Shown here: one piece after another, positions 60,833 to 64,000 of the stretch | Numbering within the stretch: the first letter of the stretch is position 1 | Layout of the letters: each line of letters opens with the position of its first letter | NCBI GenBank assembly: GCA_038245905.1 | Contig: JBBRRY010000012.1 | Location: 23,322 to 87,321, forward strand | DNA from: Thermoanaerobaculia bacterium | GTDB taxonomy: Bacteria; Acidobacteriota; Thermoanaerobaculia; UBA5066 | Direction: 5' to 3' | Length of the DNA stretch: 64,000 nt | The notes under the pieces: generated by a model | Database searches by the model: none | Told to the model about the DNA's origin: nothing | The model's input: only the letters and a program-made list of their open reading frames with translations | Position numbers and translations under genes: made by a program

Positions 60833-63031
60833 TCAGCGTGAGGTCATGCGGTAGGCAGGAAGCTGCAGCTCCTCGCCAACAGGAAGCGGCCGGGTAATGG
60901 CCGCTTCCGGATGGAGCGCAGGCCATATCGTCAGCATCCCCTGACTCGGAAGGCCCCGAATCAGAACGGTACCGTCGCGCTTCGAGTTCATGTCGCCGCC
61001 CGCGCGGACCCGCGCGAGGTAGTCATACGGGTGTGGAATCAGCACGCCATTCACCGAATAGCGCGGAAACTGGCCCGCGACGCCCTTTCCATCGGCGTCA
61101 CGAAATCTTACGACAAAAGAAGTTCCTGTCGGCGGGATCCGGATCCGATTCTCCTCGCTTAGAGTCCAGTTGAGGACGCCGACGGCACCAGACCGCGTGA
61201 ATACGGTCACTGCCTGACCCTCGGGCAAGTCTCGATCCACGGTAATGACGCCGTCCGGCCCGGCGTCGCCCGTGATGCTCTCATCCAACCAGGAAGCTGT
61301 CGCACCTGCAGCCGCAGCGCCGTTCACTTCCAGGACCGTCAGCTTGTGGTCGTTCGATCGCTCCAGGGCGAGGGACTCATCGCGATCCTCCTTCGCCACG
61401 ATCTGCAGGAGTAGCGGTTCGCTACGCCGGTAACCCGGCGCTACCGCCGATACGGAGCATGTGCCGCTCGAAATGGGAGGAAGTCGAGCAAATCCCTTTT
61501 CGTCGGCGACTACGAAGCCCATGCGTCCGCTCAAGTCCCCTACGGCGGGTTTCATGGTAAATCCGACCTTCGCCCCCGCGACCGGTGATCCACTCGACTT
61601 GTCTTTGACAAGAATACTCACTTGCCCGCCAGGAATCTCGAAATCCCGGACTCCGTCCGCGTTCACCGCGACCAACTCGACGAACTTGTTGAAGGTGTCG
61701 CCGTCAATCGAGACGATGAACGAGTCTGGCTGGGACAACAGGACTTGATAGTTGCCGTCGGGATCCGCCGTGGCGCGGAAGACGTCCTCGCTGACCGCGG
61801 CACGCCACTCGAGCGCGGCGGCGCTCACCGGCTCTCGGCGACGGCTCACCCGCCCGCGCATCTCGAAAACCTTGGGCGAGAGTTTCTCCACCCGTGACTG
61901 CGCGTCGCGCATGTCGAAGCGGGCGAATCCGCTGAGCCGTCCTACTCTCCAGCGCAGGCCGTAGAGAGAAGGGGTGAGGAGGTCGAAAAGCATCGGTTCC
62001 TGAACGCGTACGGAGCCGCTTCCGACCTGGTCGCACAAAGAAAATTGTGGCGGTCCAGCGAAATCAGCGCCGCGGTAACAATCCAGAAGTGTGAATTCGA
62101 CTCCGCCGTCGCCGATCCTTGCTTCGGCGTTGAGAGACACGGAAAGGGAAGGCTTGCGCACGACGGGAATCTCCGGAAGGGAAAGAGCGCCGCGATCCGG
62201 GACCTCTCCGTCCGGAATCGTACGTGGGGTCCACTCTCTTGCTTTGGTCAAGATCCGAAACGGTCCCGCCGGCACGTCAAACCAGAATGCGTAAACCCTC
62301 CATGTGTCCCCGGTAATCAACAAGTCCGGTGCCACGGACTTGTCCCCTGAGACGAGCACAGGGGCCAAATCGGTGTACCCTCCAGGCTTCGCTGCCGGAA
62401 AAAGGAAACCGCAGAAAAACTGCCCGCGACCCTTTTGGTCGTGGCGGGGGGCGCTGATCTCAACTTTCTCGCCGGGTTTGGGCGACACCCGGAAGAACCC
62501 CTGCTCACGGCCGTTGGGATCCTTCAGGCTTCCCACGATAGCCCTTGCGGGCACCTGAAGGACCGCCGAAGAGCTCGAAAAGATCGTCTGAAACAGGGCA
62601 CCCGATTCCACATCCAGCACGTCCAGCCTGTACCCGTTGAGTTCAGCGGCTCCTAGTCGCGCTGACCGCACGACGTCAAGGATGACCCGCTGAACGCGAG
62701 ACGCGCCGCCCAAAGGATCCGAGAACACCGGAGGGTGCCGGAGCAGCAGAACCTCGTCCGACACCACCGTCATGAAGTACTTGCCCTCCGGCAACCGGCA
62801 GACCGTAGCGAGGTCACACTCCACGGGGGGGCGCGGTTCAGCTGTGGACCCCTTCGCCGGAATGAACTTCAGCTTCGCCGTGATCTTGCCGGTGACATCC
62901 TTGCCCTCCAGCGAAAGCCGAGCCTCGATGAGGTCAGCTCCCAGCGGCCGCACCACGAGCGCCATAACAAAAAAGAGGAGTGCGACCCGCAGCCTGGTCA
63001 CTCGAACCTTCGCGCCCTGGATGGGTCCCAT
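60833..63031 (-). CDS. Large secreted protein with carboxypeptidase-regulatory-like (transthyretin/Ig-like) domains
   Basis: Hydrophobic signal (VALLFFVMALVVRPLGA); GRVSRRREPV, ATADPDGNY and VKDKSSGSPVAGAKV...VSAVAPGY; start uncertain (63031 or 63001). Confidence 0.7.
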   Translation of the reverse strand: MGPIQGAKVRVTRLRVALLFFVMALVVRPLGADLIEARLSLEGKDVTGKITAKLKFIPAKGSTAEPRPPVECDLATVCRLPEGKYFMTVVSDEVLLLRHPPVFSDPLGGASRVQRVILDVVRSARLGAAELNGYRLDVLDVESGALFQTIFSSSSAVLQVPARAIVGSLKDPNGREQGFFRVSPKPGEKVEISAPRHDQKGRGQFFCGFLFPAAKPGGYTDLAPVLVSGDKSVAPDLLITGDTWRVYAFWFDVPAGPFRILTKAREWTPRTIPDGEVPDRGALSLPEIPVVRKPSLSVSLNAEARIGDGGVEFTLLDCYRGADFAGPPQFSLCDQVGSGSVRVQEPMLFDLLTPSLYGLRWRVGRLSGFARFDMRDAQSRVEKLSPKVFEMRGRVSRRREPVSAAALEWRAAVSEDVFRATADPDGNYQVLLSQPDSFIVSIDGDTFNKFVELVAVNADGVRDFEIPGGQVSILVKDKSSGSPVAGAKVGFTMKPAVGDLSGRMGFVVADEKGFARLPPISSGTCSVSAVAPGYRRSEPLLLQIVAKEDRDESLALERSNDHKLTVLEVNGAAAAGATASWLDESITGDAGPDGVITVDRDLPEGQAVTVFTRSGAVGVLNWTLSEENRIRIPPTGTSFVVRFRDADGKGVAGQFPRYSVNGVLIPHPYDYLARVRAGGDMNSKRDGTVLIRGLPSQGMLTIWPALHPEAAITRPLPVGEELQLPAYRMTSR

Positions 63032-63092
63032 CACGCGAGCGGACCCATCCCGAGCGATCCTGTCGATGATCATCGTCTCCTGGAAGCCGCTA

Positions 63093-63353
63093 TTAGTGTT
63101 GGTCGGGGCCGCAATAGTTCCCATTGAAGCCACATCCCGGGTCCCCACCACACTGCTGGTAACTCCCCATAAAGCATCCGCCACCTCCTCCGTCCCACCA
63201 AGCGCTACATCCGGTTCCCTCTGGCGCGGGCCCACAGCATTGAGGATTACCCGGCGTACCGCAGCAGTATGTGAGGCAAATGACGGCGCGCGCCTCCGAC
63301 GCGATCATCACCAATACGAAAGCAAACAGCAACGCGAGACTACGTTTCTTCAT
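63093..63353 (-). CDS. Small secreted cysteine-rich protein (10 Cys in a 63-aa mature peptide)
   Basis: GAGGAGG RBS; signal MKKRSLALLFAFVLVMIASEARA; Cys/Gly-rich mature region. Confidence 0.8.
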   Translation of the reverse strand: MKKRSLALLFAFVLVMIASEARAVICLTYCCGTPGNPQCCGPAPEGTGCSAWWDGGGGGCFMGSYQQCGGDPGCGFNGNYCGPDQH

Positions 63354-63533
63354 CTAGGGCCTCCTCTAGAGGAGACGACAAGCGTGCCCCTGAACGACCC
63401 CCCTCGTGAAATAATTCGCTCGCAAGCAGGCGCGCCTTGTCGTAGCGTCCACTCGGAATCAGTGGACGCTGTACCCCGCCCCCGCCCCCCAACCGCGGCT
63501 GAAGACGCGGCAGAGGCTGACGAGGGAGGAGCG

Positions 63534-63875
63534 TTGAGGTCATCCCGGCGGGAGCCTCCCGATTGGTCCGATCTACTCGGTACTTTTCGAACCGAGTCGA
63601 TCTATCGCGGAATCAAACACTATCGGGTGTCGCGGGAGGACGCGGAGGACGCGTTTGCGGACTCGCTCCTGGTGCTCATTCAGAAGGGGCCGCGAATTCT
63701 TCAAGCACGGGGCTACGTTCGCACCCTGTATTTCAATCGGCTGCTCGACCTGATCCGCGCGCGCATGCGGCATCCCGCAGTGGAGCTGAATCTTTCGCTC
63801 CAGGAGACTGGCGCGGGTGCCGAGCGGGAGACGGTGGCGAGGGAGACCTCCCGGAGACTCCTAGCAGGCTGTTGA
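63534..63875 (+). pseudogene. ECF sigma factor fragment (region 2 only)
   Basis: SREDAEDAFADSLL...RGYVRTLYFNRLLDLIRAR; ends before any region-4 HTH. Confidence 0.6.
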
Positions 63876-64000
63876 AGAAGGGCCTGTTTTCTGGAGACGA
63901 AGGCGAGAGAAGAGATTCTTAGAGGGAAGAGATTGCCGAGGGCGGCGGTTTCGACTCCTACTTTTCGTCTTGATCCGCCGCTTTCGGGCGAATCCGGGGC
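63865..64000. mobile_element. Probable end of an IS or MITE (IS5/IS1182-like terminus), continuing beyond the window
   Basis: CTAG followed by CAGGCTGTTGAAGAA exactly where the sigma gene is truncated; no transposase is visible in the window. Confidence 0.4.
63909..63931 (+). repeat. Dispersed motif, degenerate copy within the putative IS end
   Basis: GAAGAGATTCTTAGAGGGAAGAG. Confidence 0.5.

Noticed and set aside
63032-63235. 5' extension of the 800-aa ORF
   Set aside because: It overlaps the better-supported Cys-rich peptide gene in another frame, and the signal-like segment of the large protein only begins near 63000-63031.

Overview
High-GC bacterial chromosomal segment; the gene style (GWxTD protein, kinase-TPR, wHTH-FHA, multiheme cytochromes) suggests Acidobacteriota, possibly Thermoanaerobaculia, which is inference only. 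About 50 genes are readable. Housekeeping genes include a cysteine desulfurase, the lysC-thrB-thrC operon, carB and aroC, alongside a VapBC-type toxin-antitoxin pair and envelope glycosylation genes. The centre holds a co-oriented extracellular electron transfer cluster: MtrC/OmcA-like decaheme, MtrA/DmsE decaheme, MtrB-like porin, a small monoheme, an 11-heme c plus cytochrome b pair, and a NapC/NirT-type cytochrome (38 heme motifs in total). An almost complete heme biosynthesis set lies next to it. The right end is a decaying accessory region with a frameshifted M1-like gene, a menAT1-like toxin-antitoxin relic, a 10-Cys secreted miniprotein paired with a large secreted protein, and an ECF sigma factor cut by a probable IS end. 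The most unexplained signal is a ~27-bp AT-rich motif (approx. GARGATTTTCTTWGAAGGKGAAGAGGG) seen nine times on both strands, mostly inside genes in different reading frames and three times as inverted pairs. No rRNA, tRNA or CRISPR array was recognised. Most start codons were placed by eye.
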